Virus record (IMG/VR): IMGVR_UViG_3300042453_004886
Span: 1 to 64,000 of that record
DNA: 64,000 nucleotides
From: a virus
Strand: one strand, 5' to 3'
Both the position numbers and the translations under genes were made by a program. The notes beneath the pieces are model-generated. The model worked only from the letters and a program-made list of their open reading frames with translations, did not search any database and was not told the DNA's origin. Positions within the stretch are counted from its first letter, which is position 1. Each line of letters begins with the position of its first letter. Positions 9,673 to 18,873 of this stretch are shown in pieces.

Positions 9673-11587
9673 GGCCGGTGCTGGCACCGGTAAGACCCAG
9701 ATGCTCATGGGGCGTATCGAGCATTTGATGGAAGTGTCTAACGCCAAAACCTTGTTTCTGAGCTTCAGCAGTGCAGCTACGGAAGAAATTGAACGTCGTA
9801 TCAACAGCCTGTTTGATAAAGACGACACCAGCATGATTCACGTAAAAACATGCCACGCCCTGGGCAACATGCTCCTTCTCAGGAATTACCACCGAGCAGG
9901 GTTTCGCAAGCGGCCTGTTTTGGTAAAAGACTGGGAACTGATTGACAGTTACGCCGAGTACTGTCGAGAGATGGGGGAAAAGCTGCCAGACCAGACTTTT
10001 CTCAAGACTTGTCTGGCAGCAGAAGCCATGTCTTACGCTTCCAACAAACCTATTACCGATGACTTTGTTATTAACTTTGGTGGATCGTTTATCAAGAAAA
10101 CCAAGCGAGGTGGAAGCTGGTCAAATCCAGTCTTTCCAAAGACCGAGTTTATTCTTGAAACAATTGAAACGCTTAGAGAATTCAGAAAAGAAAACGGGTA
10201 TTACCTGTTTCAAGATATGATCTCGATGGCGCTTGAGCTACCGGAAAATCTGTTTACAGATTTCAACTATGAACATATCTTGGTAGACGAAGTTCAAGAT
10301 TTGAACTATGCACAGCATCAGTTTATTCAAAGAATGCAGAAGTATGCATCAACCTTGACCCTCGTGGGTGACACTTCACAGTGTATATACGGCTTCCAGG
10401 GCTCACAGCCGGAGATCTTTCAGAACATTGAAGAAGTCTACCCTGAAACGGTTTCTTACAAGCTAGAAGTCAACTACAGGTGCTCTCAACCTGTTTTGAA
10501 CTTAGCTAACCAGATCCTTCAGAAAGAACTTAACTCTACCCTCAATCTTGTAACGAATGAACCCAAGCCTGGGGTTGGGGTTCAGGTTTACAAAGATCAA
10601 CTCAACGACATTGTTTCTTGGGTAACCAAGATTACAGATTCTCAAGATGCAGAAGAGAAAGACTACTCCAATGTAGCAATTCTTTTCAGATCTCACCGGC
10701 ATACTCCCCTGCTAGAAATTGCTCTTTCAAAAGCAAATATCCCTTACTTGTTGGAAGGAAAGAGCTTCTTTGACGATCCTGTCGTGGAAGACATTCTTGC
10801 ATACTTTCACTTTTTCAGTGAAAAACCTTTCAGCAACAAGTATTTAAACGCCTGGCAAAAGATCATCAGGCATAAAAAGTACCTGGGAAGAAAAACCGAG
10901 GAGGCTGCAGTAAAAGCTGCCAGCGTTTCTGCCAAGGATATTCTTTCCATGTATGGAGACCTCAAGACGATTCCCATCGCATGTAGGACGGAGTCTCAAA
11001 AATCTTTGTTCAAGCAATTGATTTTAGACCTTCGTTCTGCGTATAATCTTTATACAAACCAGCAGTGGGAGAACCTGGCCGAGTTTGCATCGCAACTTTG
11101 TGAGGAGTGCTGGATCGATCGCTACGCGTCGGACAGCTCTCAAGGCAAAATTGCCATGGACAACAAGGCCGGATTCGTCGAGTGGCTCAAGAACATTGAA
11201 AATGGAAAAAATCCCCTTGATGTCATCCGGGAACACCAAGAGCGTGTGAGCCGGATGAAGGGAACCAAGTCAGGTGAGGGCGTTCAAATCATGACAGTCC
11301 ATAAATCCAAGGGACTCGAGTGGGATAACGTCGCCATCTGGAACGTGGGTAGATCCACGTTCCCGTTGGATCATGCCGATCCTCGGGAAGAACGACGTCT
11401 TTGCTATGTCGCTGTGACACGAGCAAGACACAACCTCGGGATATTTCAAAATGAACTTGAAAAACCAGTTGAAAAATCTCAGGCTTCTGCGTTTAATAAC
11501 AAAGAAGTTGAGGTACAAGAACAACTGAACCCGATTATCAAATACGCAATAGAGGGCGTTCAAAAGCTTTTAGACGCTCTCATGTAA
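9590..11587 (+). CDS. uvrD: UvrD/REP (SF1A) helicase
   Basis: LNPQQ, AGAGTGKT, VDEVQD, VGDTSQCIYGFQG, NYRC, MTVHKSKGLEW and EERRLCYVAVTRAR; GTG9590 has an upstream AGAAGGG RBS. Confidence 0.93.
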   Translation: MTSGNVLKNLNPQQLEAATSSARVTKVEAGAGTGKTQMLMGRIEHLMEVSNAKTLFLSFSSAATEEIERRINSLFDKDDTSMIHVKTCHALGNMLLLRNYHRAGFRKRPVLVKDWELIDSYAEYCREMGEKLPDQTFLKTCLAAEAMSYASNKPITDDFVINFGGSFIKKTKRGGSWSNPVFPKTEFILETIETLREFRKENGYYLFQDMISMALELPENLFTDFNYEHILVDEVQDLNYAQHQFIQRMQKYASTLTLVGDTSQCIYGFQGSQPEIFQNIEEVYPETVSYKLEVNYRCSQPVLNLANQILQKELNSTLNLVTNEPKPGVGVQVYKDQLNDIVSWVTKITDSQDAEEKDYSNVAILFRSHRHTPLLEIALSKANIPYLLEGKSFFDDPVVEDILAYFHFFSEKPFSNKYLNAWQKIIRHKKYLGRKTEEAAVKAASVSAKDILSMYGDLKTIPIACRTESQKSLFKQLILDLRSAYNLYTNQQWENLAEFASQLCEECWIDRYASDSSQGKIAMDNKAGFVEWLKNIENGKNPLDVIREHQERVSRMKGTKSGEGVQIMTVHKSKGLEWDNVAIWNVGRSTFPLDHADPREERRLCYVAVTRARHNLGIFQNELEKPVEKSQASAFNNKEVEVQEQLNPIIKYAIEGVQKLLDALM

Positions 11588-11633
11588 CCTGTGTCCATCT
11601 GCATCCCAAACCCCTTCAGAGAGGTTTATATCC

Positions 11634-12272
11634 ATGCCTAGCGCAACTCCCGAATTCATCTATGCTACCGTCTTTGCTGACAACGGCGTCACGCCTGCCA
11701 ATGAGCTGGCAGCGCAGTTTGGCCTGAAGAACCACGGCCAGATCATGCAGGCTATCGGCAAGTACATTCTCTCCGAGTTCAACAAAACCGGTGAGATGCT
11801 GCCCTACCCCAAGATGAACGTCACCATTCAAGAGACCCGTAAGGTGCGTTCGACCAGCAACCACGTCAACCGTCAGGGACCGGATTCTCCGGTTTCCATC
11901 AAGACCTCCAAGCTCAAGGAGCTCGGAAACTTCGATCAGATCTCGACGTTCGAGGTGTCCGTCAGCAACGGCGCTCTCGTCTTGACGCCGCTCGCTCGCT
12001 TTGCACCCAGCGCCTATCAGATGGTGGCAGAGCTCAGCGATCAGCCCAAGAAGCGCGGTCGTCGCCCCAAGAACGAGCAGCTTGAGACCATTCCCATCAC
12101 GGGAAACGGACTCAGCGCTGCGGTGTCTACCTCGGTCAATGCCAGCTCCGCTACACCTACTGAAGTAGCCGCTGCAGTTCCCGTTGCTCCTCCCGCTCCC
12201 GTCATCACCAATGATGAGGATACCGACTACGAGGACGAGGAAGAGCTCGAACTCAACGCCAACATGGTCTAG
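11634..12272 (+). CDS. Putative DNA-binding protein (AbrB/SpoVT-like fold, AT-hook-like motif, acidic tail)
   Basis: VSIKTSKLKELG...FEVSVSNGALVLTP; KKRGRRPK; Ala/Pro linker; DEDTDYEDEEELE. Confidence 0.5.
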   Translation: MPSATPEFIYATVFADNGVTPANELAAQFGLKNHGQIMQAIGKYILSEFNKTGEMLPYPKMNVTIQETRKVRSTSNHVNRQGPDSPVSIKTSKLKELGNFDQISTFEVSVSNGALVLTPLARFAPSAYQMVAELSDQPKKRGRRPKNEQLETIPITGNGLSAAVSTSVNASSATPTEVAAAVPVAPPAPVITNDEDTDYEDEEELELNANMV

Positions 12273-12289
12273 TACCCTGTAGGTAATAC

Positions 12290-12325
12290 AAACCGGGGTG
12301 GCTGGAATTCCAGCCACCCCGGTTT
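12290..12325. terminator. Bidirectional terminator / perfect 36-bp palindrome
   Basis: AAACCGGGGTGGCTGGAA|TTCCAGCCACCCCGGTTT followed by a T-run, between convergent genes. Confidence 0.85.
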
Positions 12326-12339
12326 TTTTTATTTGCTCT

Positions 12340-12702
12340 TTATTCTGCAAAAGTATCAGGGCTGCAGAATCCCATTACAACTCCAGCTGGATCAGTGGGC
12401 AGTCTTGTTAGATGATTTTTGCAATGCTCTGTAAAGTCGTTTTCTCTGATACAAGCTTTGCTGTTTATAAATACAGTTGCACTAGTTCTTTCTTTTGCTT
12501 CAAACGTATTAGATCCAGTACAAACAACATGAGTTCCTGTGTCCCCTACACGTACAGCAGCTTTACTATTTACAAATACGTTACCAGACCCGCTTGTAAA
12601 ACTTCCTAAAACAGGAAATACAAGAGGTATCTGCGTGACAGGATCATTATGTGAGTGAGTTCCGTTATAAACAAGATCTCCAACTCGAGCTATTCCAGGC
12701 AT
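12340..12702 (-). CDS. PAAR-domain spike tip protein
   Basis: IARVGD, SGSGNVFVNSKAAVRVGD and ACIREND repeats with His/Cys metal ligands. Confidence 0.85.
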   Translation of the reverse strand: MPGIARVGDLVYNGTHSHNDPVTQIPLVFPVLGSFTSGSGNVFVNSKAAVRVGDTGTHVVCTGSNTFEAKERTSATVFINSKACIRENDFTEHCKNHLTRLPTDPAGVVMGFCSPDTFAE

Positions 12703-12704
12703 TT

Positions 12705-13865
12705 TTACTCCTTTATAACTTTGCTATCGTCATAGCTGTAGTCATAAGATATTTGCATGTCTGTGTCATTTATAAAAGATATTAAATTTGACGTCAGGGT
12801 TACAGTATTTGTAGTTGAATTAAAAGCCACGACACTTGATTCTTTTTCAGTTTTAAGCGCCAAGTAGACCACGCTAATAGTTTGCCCTGAAGAGGGTCTA
12901 GGTGGCCTGCCTTGAGTTACTGTTTTCCAAGTAATAGTAACTTTTGTTTTCGATTTGTCTTCAGAAGAAATAACAGGTTCAGATTGAGTAAAGTCAGTAT
13001 CAGATAAATAGGTATACTCACCAAAAGTTATTCTATCTATTTTTTTAAAATCAATAATAGACGAGTTAAAACTTAGTTCTATTTGCTGCTGATACTGGCT
13101 AGTAACCGTATACTCAACTAACCCCTTTACATGATTTACTTTTGTTATTTTGGATTTATTTGTTTTTGGTTTACTAAAATCGTAGCTTACAAATGATCCT
13201 TCTTGAATAGAGATTTGATAAGAAGTTTGAGAACTTAAATACTTGGTTGTGTAAGTATCCGTTGTTTCACCCGCAGGGGGATTTAACCCACTTGTGTTTC
13301 TTTCATCAAATTTATCTTTAGGTTTAATAGATACGGGTATAGTTATTTTACCTATTTCTCCAAGACTGCTATTTATCTTTACAGAAAAAGATTCTATTTG
13401 ATTTGTAGATACACCTTGTTTTGTTGTTAAATTTACTAATCCTACATAAATAGATCCTGGAATACTATCAACTGCAAAAGTATTACTGGGAGCGCTTGTT
13501 GAGCCAAGGGTTGGAATAAAAGAAACCCCAAGCGGGCTTAGCCAGCTAAGGTCCCAAGTAATTGGAGGAGTAGTAGGAGTTACTGCAAGACTTAAAATAT
13601 TAACTATAAAGTCTGCTGGTTTTACAATAACAGCTGGAGTAAGAGGGGTTATACACCCTAAAAAAGATATATTAAAACTTAGCAACCAGGCTGGATTAGA
13701 ATCTTTTTCAAATACCAAATTATTAGCAAGTGGTAAAATTCCGTGTTGAATAATTATAGGAGTAACGTAATTATTTACTTTGTCATCTGAGCCAATCATG
13801 GGAGACAGAGTAAGTAGGTTTTTAGATTCACCTACTTGTTGGTTGAGTAAAATATAGTTACCCAT
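12705..13865 (-). CDS. Beta-rich virion/baseplate-associated protein
   Basis: Ser/Thr-rich ORF between spike-like and PAAR genes; ATG13865 overlaps the upstream stop codon. Confidence 0.55.
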   Translation of the reverse strand: MGNYILLNQQVGESKNLLTLSPMIGSDDKVNNYVTPIIIQHGILPLANNLVFEKDSNPAWLLSFNISFLGCITPLTPAVIVKPADFIVNILSLAVTPTTPPITWDLSWLSPLGVSFIPTLGSTSAPSNTFAVDSIPGSIYVGLVNLTTKQGVSTNQIESFSVKINSSLGEIGKITIPVSIKPKDKFDERNTSGLNPPAGETTDTYTTKYLSSQTSYQISIQEGSFVSYDFSKPKTNKSKITKVNHVKGLVEYTVTSQYQQQIELSFNSSIIDFKKIDRITFGEYTYLSDTDFTQSEPVISSEDKSKTKVTITWKTVTQGRPPRPSSGQTISVVYLALKTEKESSVVAFNSTTNTVTLTSNLISFINDTDMQISYDYSYDDSKVIKE

Positions 13866-14100
13866 TATTTTGCTCAATAATACCAACGTCAGAGTTAAAG
13901 TGAATCCATCTATTTGACTTCTGATCAATATCCCGAGCTGCTTTTAGCTGGATGTCCCCGTTGGTAGCAAACGTGATAGAAGAGCCTGTTTGCTTGTGTT
14001 TCAACGTAACGTTTCCAAAGCAGTCCGCAGAAAGATCCAGAAACTTGAAAACTTGTTCTAGCTTGTCCTCAAAAGTTGGCTGCTTTGACAGTTCTTGCAT
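13858..14100 (-). CDS. Small protein resembling a baseplate spike (gp5/gpV) C-terminal segment
   Basis: NVTLKHKQTGSSITFATNGDIQLKAARDI...WIHFN pattern; AGGAG RBS; co-transcribed with PAAR. Confidence 0.5.
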   Translation of the reverse strand: MQELSKQPTFEDKLEQVFKFLDLSADCFGNVTLKHKQTGSSITFATNGDIQLKAARDIDQKSNRWIHFNSDVGIIEQNNG

Positions 14101-14184
14101 CTTGTACTCCTTGACATGTAGAACAGATGGGCCTATGGTTGCTTAAGTCCACTTTATCTCAAATTTTTAAACAAGGCAATTATT

Positions 14185-14811
14185 ATGCCAAGACCTCGAA
14201 AAAACAAGATAAACATTGCTGAAGAACTTTCAAATAAAGTAACTTCAGAAAAAATAACCAAAGCATCGAAAGACATAGAAACCAAGACAACCAGAAAAAG
14301 AAGGTCCACCGCGTGGAAAGGCCTTGAGTACTCGATTGCAGAAGCTTTCAAAAAAGCTGGGTTTTTAAAATCTAAAAGAGTACCCAAGCAAGATCAGATG
14401 ACGGCCATGTCAAGCGGGAAAGAACTTCCGGACGTTTATGTGCCTGAAGCACCTTTCTTGCAGCTCGATGGCAAGTACTCTGAAAAAGCGTGGGACAAGG
14501 TTGAAAAACTATTTCTTGAGTGTCAGGCAAAATATGAGCTCAAACCTCAAGATCGTTTTGCAATGGTTACCCAAAAAGCAAATAGCAGGACAAGAATTGC
14601 TCACATCACTCTTGAATTCTTTGCTGAGCTTTGCAGTAAAGCTTATCTGGGTGGAAAAACTTCTGAGCATTGGGTTTGCCCCAGATGCCGATCAGAGCAT
14701 CTCACAACAAAACAAATTGGATTAGGGCAGGAACTTACACACTGTGAAACCTGCACACTTGAGTTTGTAACAAAAGACGGAACAAGGCCCACCCCACCTG
14801 AAACATGTTGA
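14185..14811 (+). CDS. Hjc-type Holliday junction resolvase with C-terminal Zn ribbon
   Basis: KGLEYSIA...FLKSKRVP...LPDVY...QLDGK (E-PD-DxK); CPRC...CETC. Confidence 0.7.
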   Translation: MPRPRKNKINIAEELSNKVTSEKITKASKDIETKTTRKRRSTAWKGLEYSIAEAFKKAGFLKSKRVPKQDQMTAMSSGKELPDVYVPEAPFLQLDGKYSEKAWDKVEKLFLECQAKYELKPQDRFAMVTQKANSRTRIAHITLEFFAELCSKAYLGGKTSEHWVCPRCRSEHLTTKQIGLGQELTHCETCTLEFVTKDGTRPTPPETC

Positions 14812-14860
14812 CTAAAAATTGTTTCAATGCAATAACTAAGTAAATACCCTGCCCGAGGAG

Positions 14861-16018
14861 TTGTTCATGTCCTCTCAAAACGATTTCCCGCATCTCTATA
14901 GCTACAGCCAGCTCAACACCTACAAAGACTGCGGTGTCAAATACCGCAAGTATTATCTTGAGAACAACAAGAAAAGGGAAGTTACCCAGGCAACCGAAAT
15001 TGGTTCTCTGGTTCACTCTTGCATTGAGAATTTTTATCTTGGGGAAGCTCCTTCAGCTGGTATTGCTTTTGAAGCAGTTATCAGTAATTATCTTGAAGAA
15101 CGAAAGATCGATAAGTACTACTACGATCTTCAAGAGATTTCTCACTTTTTTAACGCCCTGTACTACCGGGCTTCCGCAGAGTACAAGGGCAGAGACGCTA
15201 TCAGAACAGCGGATGGTGGTATCCCAAAAAATCCTACCATGACGCGTGTCTGGAAAGACGAAGTCAAGCGAAGTGGTATCGATCAAAAGATCGATGATAT
15301 CAACAATGAAATCAATTACATCCTTCCGGATTCGTATGCCAGTATCAAGATGGCCACGGTTTATTCGGAAGCCGAATTTCTAGCAAAGCGTTACAAGCAC
15401 CCGACCCTGATCAAAGAAGTCTCGTCGATCGAGTTCGGTTTCTCTGTTCCAGACCACGTAGGAGACCCTACAAGCCCTGATCCGGAGCAGCAGGTCCCGC
15501 ACATCAAAAACCTGGCGACGCTGCCAAATGGCGCCGTATTCAGGGGTTTTATCGACCTTGTCGGTAAGCTTGCAGATGGCAGCACCATCATTGTCGATCA
15601 CAAGACTTCTTCGGGGGAGCCCCCCTCAGAGCTCAAAGTCAAGCATCACGAGCAGTTGCTCTTGTATGCCTTCTTCTGGAATCAGCTCACGGGAGAATGG
15701 CCTTCCAAAATCGGTATCAGCCACCTGAGAAGTGGCACGCTGGTCACGGCAAACGTGAACCAAGAGATGGCTATTCAAGCTGCTTTGCGCCACAGCGAGG
15801 TGGTCGAAGCTATTGGTAAGAACGTATTTCTTAAAAACGCTCCATTCGAGTTTGGATCCCCTTGCCTGGGCCGGGAAGGAACGCTTGCTACAGCGTGTCC
15901 TTACCTACCAGAGTGCCACAGAAGCGTTGCAGTTTCTCTGGGCTGGGTTGATCCTCGAGTGGCGGAAGCTATGGAGGAAGATGATGATCTTTCTTCATTT
16001 GGCGAAAAGCGATACTAA
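14861..16018 (+). CDS. Cas4/RecB/AddB-like PD-(D/E)xK exonuclease, probable Fe-S cluster
   Basis: SYSQLNTYKDC, GSLVH, RGFIDLV...VDHKT, QLLLYA and C-terminal C-x9-CPY-x3-C. Confidence 0.85.
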   Translation: MFMSSQNDFPHLYSYSQLNTYKDCGVKYRKYYLENNKKREVTQATEIGSLVHSCIENFYLGEAPSAGIAFEAVISNYLEERKIDKYYYDLQEISHFFNALYYRASAEYKGRDAIRTADGGIPKNPTMTRVWKDEVKRSGIDQKIDDINNEINYILPDSYASIKMATVYSEAEFLAKRYKHPTLIKEVSSIEFGFSVPDHVGDPTSPDPEQQVPHIKNLATLPNGAVFRGFIDLVGKLADGSTIIVDHKTSSGEPPSELKVKHHEQLLLYAFFWNQLTGEWPSKIGISHLRSGTLVTANVNQEMAIQAALRHSEVVEAIGKNVFLKNAPFEFGSPCLGREGTLATACPYLPECHRSVAVSLGWVDPRVAEAMEEDDDLSSFGEKRY

Positions 16019-16032
16019 AGGAGAAATACGCC

Positions 16033-16344
16033 ATGGGAAAAGCCAAGAATAACCCGATCTCTCGTTCAGAAGTTGCAGAGCTTGTTGCAGCTCGAATGGC
16101 TCTAAACGTCACCCCTTCGCTGGTGTTTGAGGTCATCAAAGAACTCGGCAACGTTGTAGGTGATCTTGTCAGCAATGGGGACTCGGTCATGCTCGATAAC
16201 CTGGGCGTTGTGAAGCCTACCCTGATCAAGGCACGTGCTTACAACAACCCTCAGCGAGCAGGAGAGGCTGTTCAGTCTCCTGACCGCGTAGGTGTTCGTC
16301 TTCGCGCAGGAATGCCTCTGCTGCGTAAGCTCGGTCGCCGCTAA
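16033..16344 (+). CDS. HU/IHF-family DNA-binding protein
   Basis: SRSEVAELVA...GDSVMLDNLG...ARAYNNPQ.AGEAVQ.P.RVGVRLRAG. Confidence 0.85.
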   Translation: MGKAKNNPISRSEVAELVAARMALNVTPSLVFEVIKELGNVVGDLVSNGDSVMLDNLGVVKPTLIKARAYNNPQRAGEAVQSPDRVGVRLRAGMPLLRKLGRR

Positions 16345-16347
16345 TTT

Positions 16348-16815
16348 ATGAGAAGCAAGCTAAACCCTGAAAGAGTAAACTTTTTAGATTACCTCAGAAA
16401 AGGGTTTGGTTACGGCAAAGACTTTTGTAATTCTGAATCACTGAGCATCTCTCACGAAAATATAAATTTAGCTCTGAAGCACTTTTCCAAAACAGATCCA
16501 CTTTCGTGGGATCTTCTACATACCTGGATGACTTCCAATCTAGACATGGAAGGTATGTCCAAAAAGCATCACTGGCCTCCTCACACCATCAGGAGAAGGT
16601 TATACGCTTGTGTAGACGCTCTCATGAACTGGATTCAAACCGAAACATACAAGCCTGTAGATGAAAACATAACTATGATGTCTCACTGTGAGATATTTCA
16701 AAAGTCTTTGCTGCTTGCTTTTAAAAAATTAGAGCCTGAATTACTTGAAGAAATTAAAAAATCGATTAAAATAACAAATAGTATCAGAAGAAAAGGTAAA
16801 CAGCATGGGCATTAA
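16348..16815 (+). CDS. Hypothetical protein, possible sigma-region-4-like HTH
   Basis: LLHTW...MEGMSKKHHWPPHTIRRRL resembles an HTH. Confidence 0.5.
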   Translation: MRSKLNPERVNFLDYLRKGFGYGKDFCNSESLSISHENINLALKHFSKTDPLSWDLLHTWMTSNLDMEGMSKKHHWPPHTIRRRLYACVDALMNWIQTETYKPVDENITMMSHCEIFQKSLLLAFKKLEPELLEEIKKSIKITNSIRRKGKQHGH

Positions 16816-17389
16816 TTCAAATCATCAAACCAGCTGCCCGCACTGCGGTGAAGAATTTGAAGACATGGTTTTGATCAGCATGCCCAAAGAAGCATATGAC
16901 TTGCCCAATGCCGTTCATCAAAAAGAGATCGATCAGTTTGGACTTGGTCCCGAGGTCATCAAACTCAAAGGACAAGGCCTGACCAACGAAGAGATTGGCA
17001 TCAAACTTGGGTTTACAACCTCTCAGATTCAACACTACGTACAAAGTTATCGCGCCATGCCAGTTGAGCAAAAGAAGCAGCTTCATAGCCGCTCGGTTTT
17101 TCATGTTGCCGACGAGCTTCAAAGTCACTATTCCGAACTTCTTCTTTTGCTCAAAGAAGCTACCCGAGACGAAAACCCCGATTTAAAACTCAATACGCTC
17201 AGGGAGCTTCGTAATTACATGAAGCTTTCTGCTGACCTGGTCGAAAAGCTTCAGAAGATGAAAGACGATGAAGCTTATAAGAATGCTGTTTTGGATATCT
17301 TGGACAAAATGAGTCCAGGGTCCAAAGCGACTGCGTTAAAACAGATTGCAAACTTTAAACAAGGTATTGCAATTATCAAACCTATCTAG
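16805..17389 (+). CDS. HTH + helical protein; candidate terminase small subunit
   Basis: CPHC, GLTNEEIGIKLGFTTSQIQHYV HTH and amphipathic helices; function is inferred. Confidence 0.45.
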   Translation: MGINSNHQTSCPHCGEEFEDMVLISMPKEAYDLPNAVHQKEIDQFGLGPEVIKLKGQGLTNEEIGIKLGFTTSQIQHYVQSYRAMPVEQKKQLHSRSVFHVADELQSHYSELLLLLKEATRDENPDLKLNTLRELRNYMKLSADLVEKLQKMKDDEAYKNAVLDILDKMSPGSKATALKQIANFKQGIAIIKPI

Positions 17390-17397
17390 GGGGAGAA

Positions 17398-17556
17398 ATG
17401 TTGGACAAGCTAACTGAGCAAATTGATCACCTGATTCGTACAGTTAGCTTGAACGAAATACGAGGTCTCTCCAAAGAAGGGCGAAGTTTGGTACTGGAAA
17501 AGCTAGAAGACATTAAGTATGTTCTTCAGATAGCAAACGGTGACAAATGGATTTAG
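17398..17556 (+). CDS. Small hypothetical protein (52 aa; absent from ORF track)
   Basis: GGGGGAG RBS; MLDKLTEQ...GDKWI*; fills the operon gap. Confidence 0.6.
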   Translation: MLDKLTEQIDHLIRTVSLNEIRGLSKEGRSLVLEKLEDIKYVLQIANGDKWI

Positions 17557-17723
17557 GAATTGAGAAAGAAATACTAAATGCATTCTGTCAGCTTGTTCTG
17601 GATATCCAGTATAGCCCGGAACGTAACCCCATGGACTTCGTACATCAAACTGTAGACGAGCTGAGTCCAACTGCTCAGATGCGTGTGATGCAAGTCATGG
17701 CCATCATGAAAGCTTTCAGATGA
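17547..17723 (+). CDS. Small hypothetical protein (58 aa; absent from ORF track)
   Basis: MDLGIEKE...KAFR*; ATGA overlap with the next gene. Confidence 0.6.
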   Translation: MDLGIEKEILNAFCQLVLDIQYSPERNPMDFVHQTVDELSPTAQMRVMQVMAIMKAFR

Positions 17724-18265
17724 GTTTATTTATTCCCGGAATGCACTGGCAGGTAGATGGCCAGGTCATAGATTTTGATGCCTCTACCCAAAAAGGGCGT
17801 GTTCAGCTTATTGGGGTATACGGTAAAGATCCAGATGGAAATCCTATTTACCTGGATGTAGAAGCAGACCCGCTGTATGCCTCCAGAAGTCCCTTTTTAC
17901 AGGATTACTTGGACGTCAAGGCAAGCTACACCAAAGGTGAGTGGGTGGTCGTTCTAGGCGTTCCTGGAGGCCCTACAGGGCCAGAGAATCCAAACAACCT
18001 ACTCGCAGGCATACCTCAGATGCCCTACAGACAAAATTATTTTATTATTGGAAGTATTCGCTGGAAGAACGAGTCTAGATCTCGGCTTACAGAAACAGTC
18101 AATAAACAAACCAATTTCTTGGTCAACCAAGATAAAGATTTTTCACCGCCACCTGAAAACTTCGATCACTCCTTGCAGCAAAAACTTAACGGCAGCAAAC
18201 TTAGCTTCCCTCCTATAACGTATGAATATCTTCCCCACGAAGATCCTTCTGGAGGGACAACCTGA
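17720..18265 (+). CDS. Putative gp5/VgrG-like N-terminal OB-fold baseplate protein
   Basis: GQVIDFD...KGRVQL...GEWVVVLGVPGGP...YFIIGS pattern. Confidence 0.45.
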   Translation: MSLFIPGMHWQVDGQVIDFDASTQKGRVQLIGVYGKDPDGNPIYLDVEADPLYASRSPFLQDYLDVKASYTKGEWVVVLGVPGGPTGPENPNNLLAGIPQMPYRQNYFIIGSIRWKNESRSRLTETVNKQTNFLVNQDKDFSPPPENFDHSLQQKLNGSKLSFPPITYEYLPHEDPSGGTT

Positions 18266-18873
18266 TGCTTTTGCAAGGAACTATTCTTTACTACAATCCA
18301 TCTACCCGCGTTGGTTCTGTAGAAACAATATCTGGTATATTTCAAGCAACAAACTATTTATTTCCAGCTGATCAAGCTTACCCCGCCGCAGTAAATTCTT
18401 TTCTAGTTCCTTCTGAGTACAATACTGTTTTTCCGTCCCATACTTTTAATGAAACTGACAAAGTTGTTTTGTACAAGGACTCTTTTGAGAACTTGATCAT
18501 ACTTGGTAGAATTAATTCCGGTAATTCTACTACAACGACTCAGCCTTTTGTTCTGTATCAACCTGGAAAGTTTACAGTTACTAAATTATTAACAGTTCAA
18601 GCAAATGTTCCTGTTGAGTTAAAAGATTTTGCAAATAGAGCTCTCGTAAGAAAAGTAAAAATAACAAAGGTAGCTGGCGGAGAGTTTACCTTCAAAATAT
18701 TGAATACTAATGAAGAACTTCAGGCTTCTTGGGGAGATGGAGAAGTTATTTTAGAAAATGTTTTGGAAGACTACGCAGGGTTCTTCTTTGAAGCAACAAA
18801 CTTTACCTGTGTTTTATTGTTTAATACTTCTGGAACTTACGAACTAGAAATTGTTGGAGAACGCTTTTCTTAA
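18265..18873 (+). CDS. Hypothetical beta-rich (virion?) protein
   Basis: 202-aa ORF coupled to the upstream gene (TGATG). Confidence 0.6.
   Translation: MLLQGTILYYNPSTRVGSVETISGIFQATNYLFPADQAYPAAVNSFLVPSEYNTVFPSHTFNETDKVVLYKDSFENLIILGRINSGNSTTTTQPFVLYQPGKFTVTKLLTVQANVPVELKDFANRALVRKVKITKVAGGEFTFKILNTNEELQASWGDGEVILENVLEDYAGFFFEATNFTCVLLFNTSGTYELEIVGERFS

Noticed and set aside
12340-14100. PAAR/spike genes as a bacterial T6SS or eCIS locus
   Set aside because: Terminase, replication genes and baseplate genes indicate a phage; no TssJLM, ClpV or Afp-type ATPase seen
14861-16344. Cas4-like nuclease + HU as a CRISPR adaptation module
   Set aside because: No cas1/cas2 and no repeat-spacer array seen in the window; solo Cas4-like nucleases are ordinary phage recombination genes
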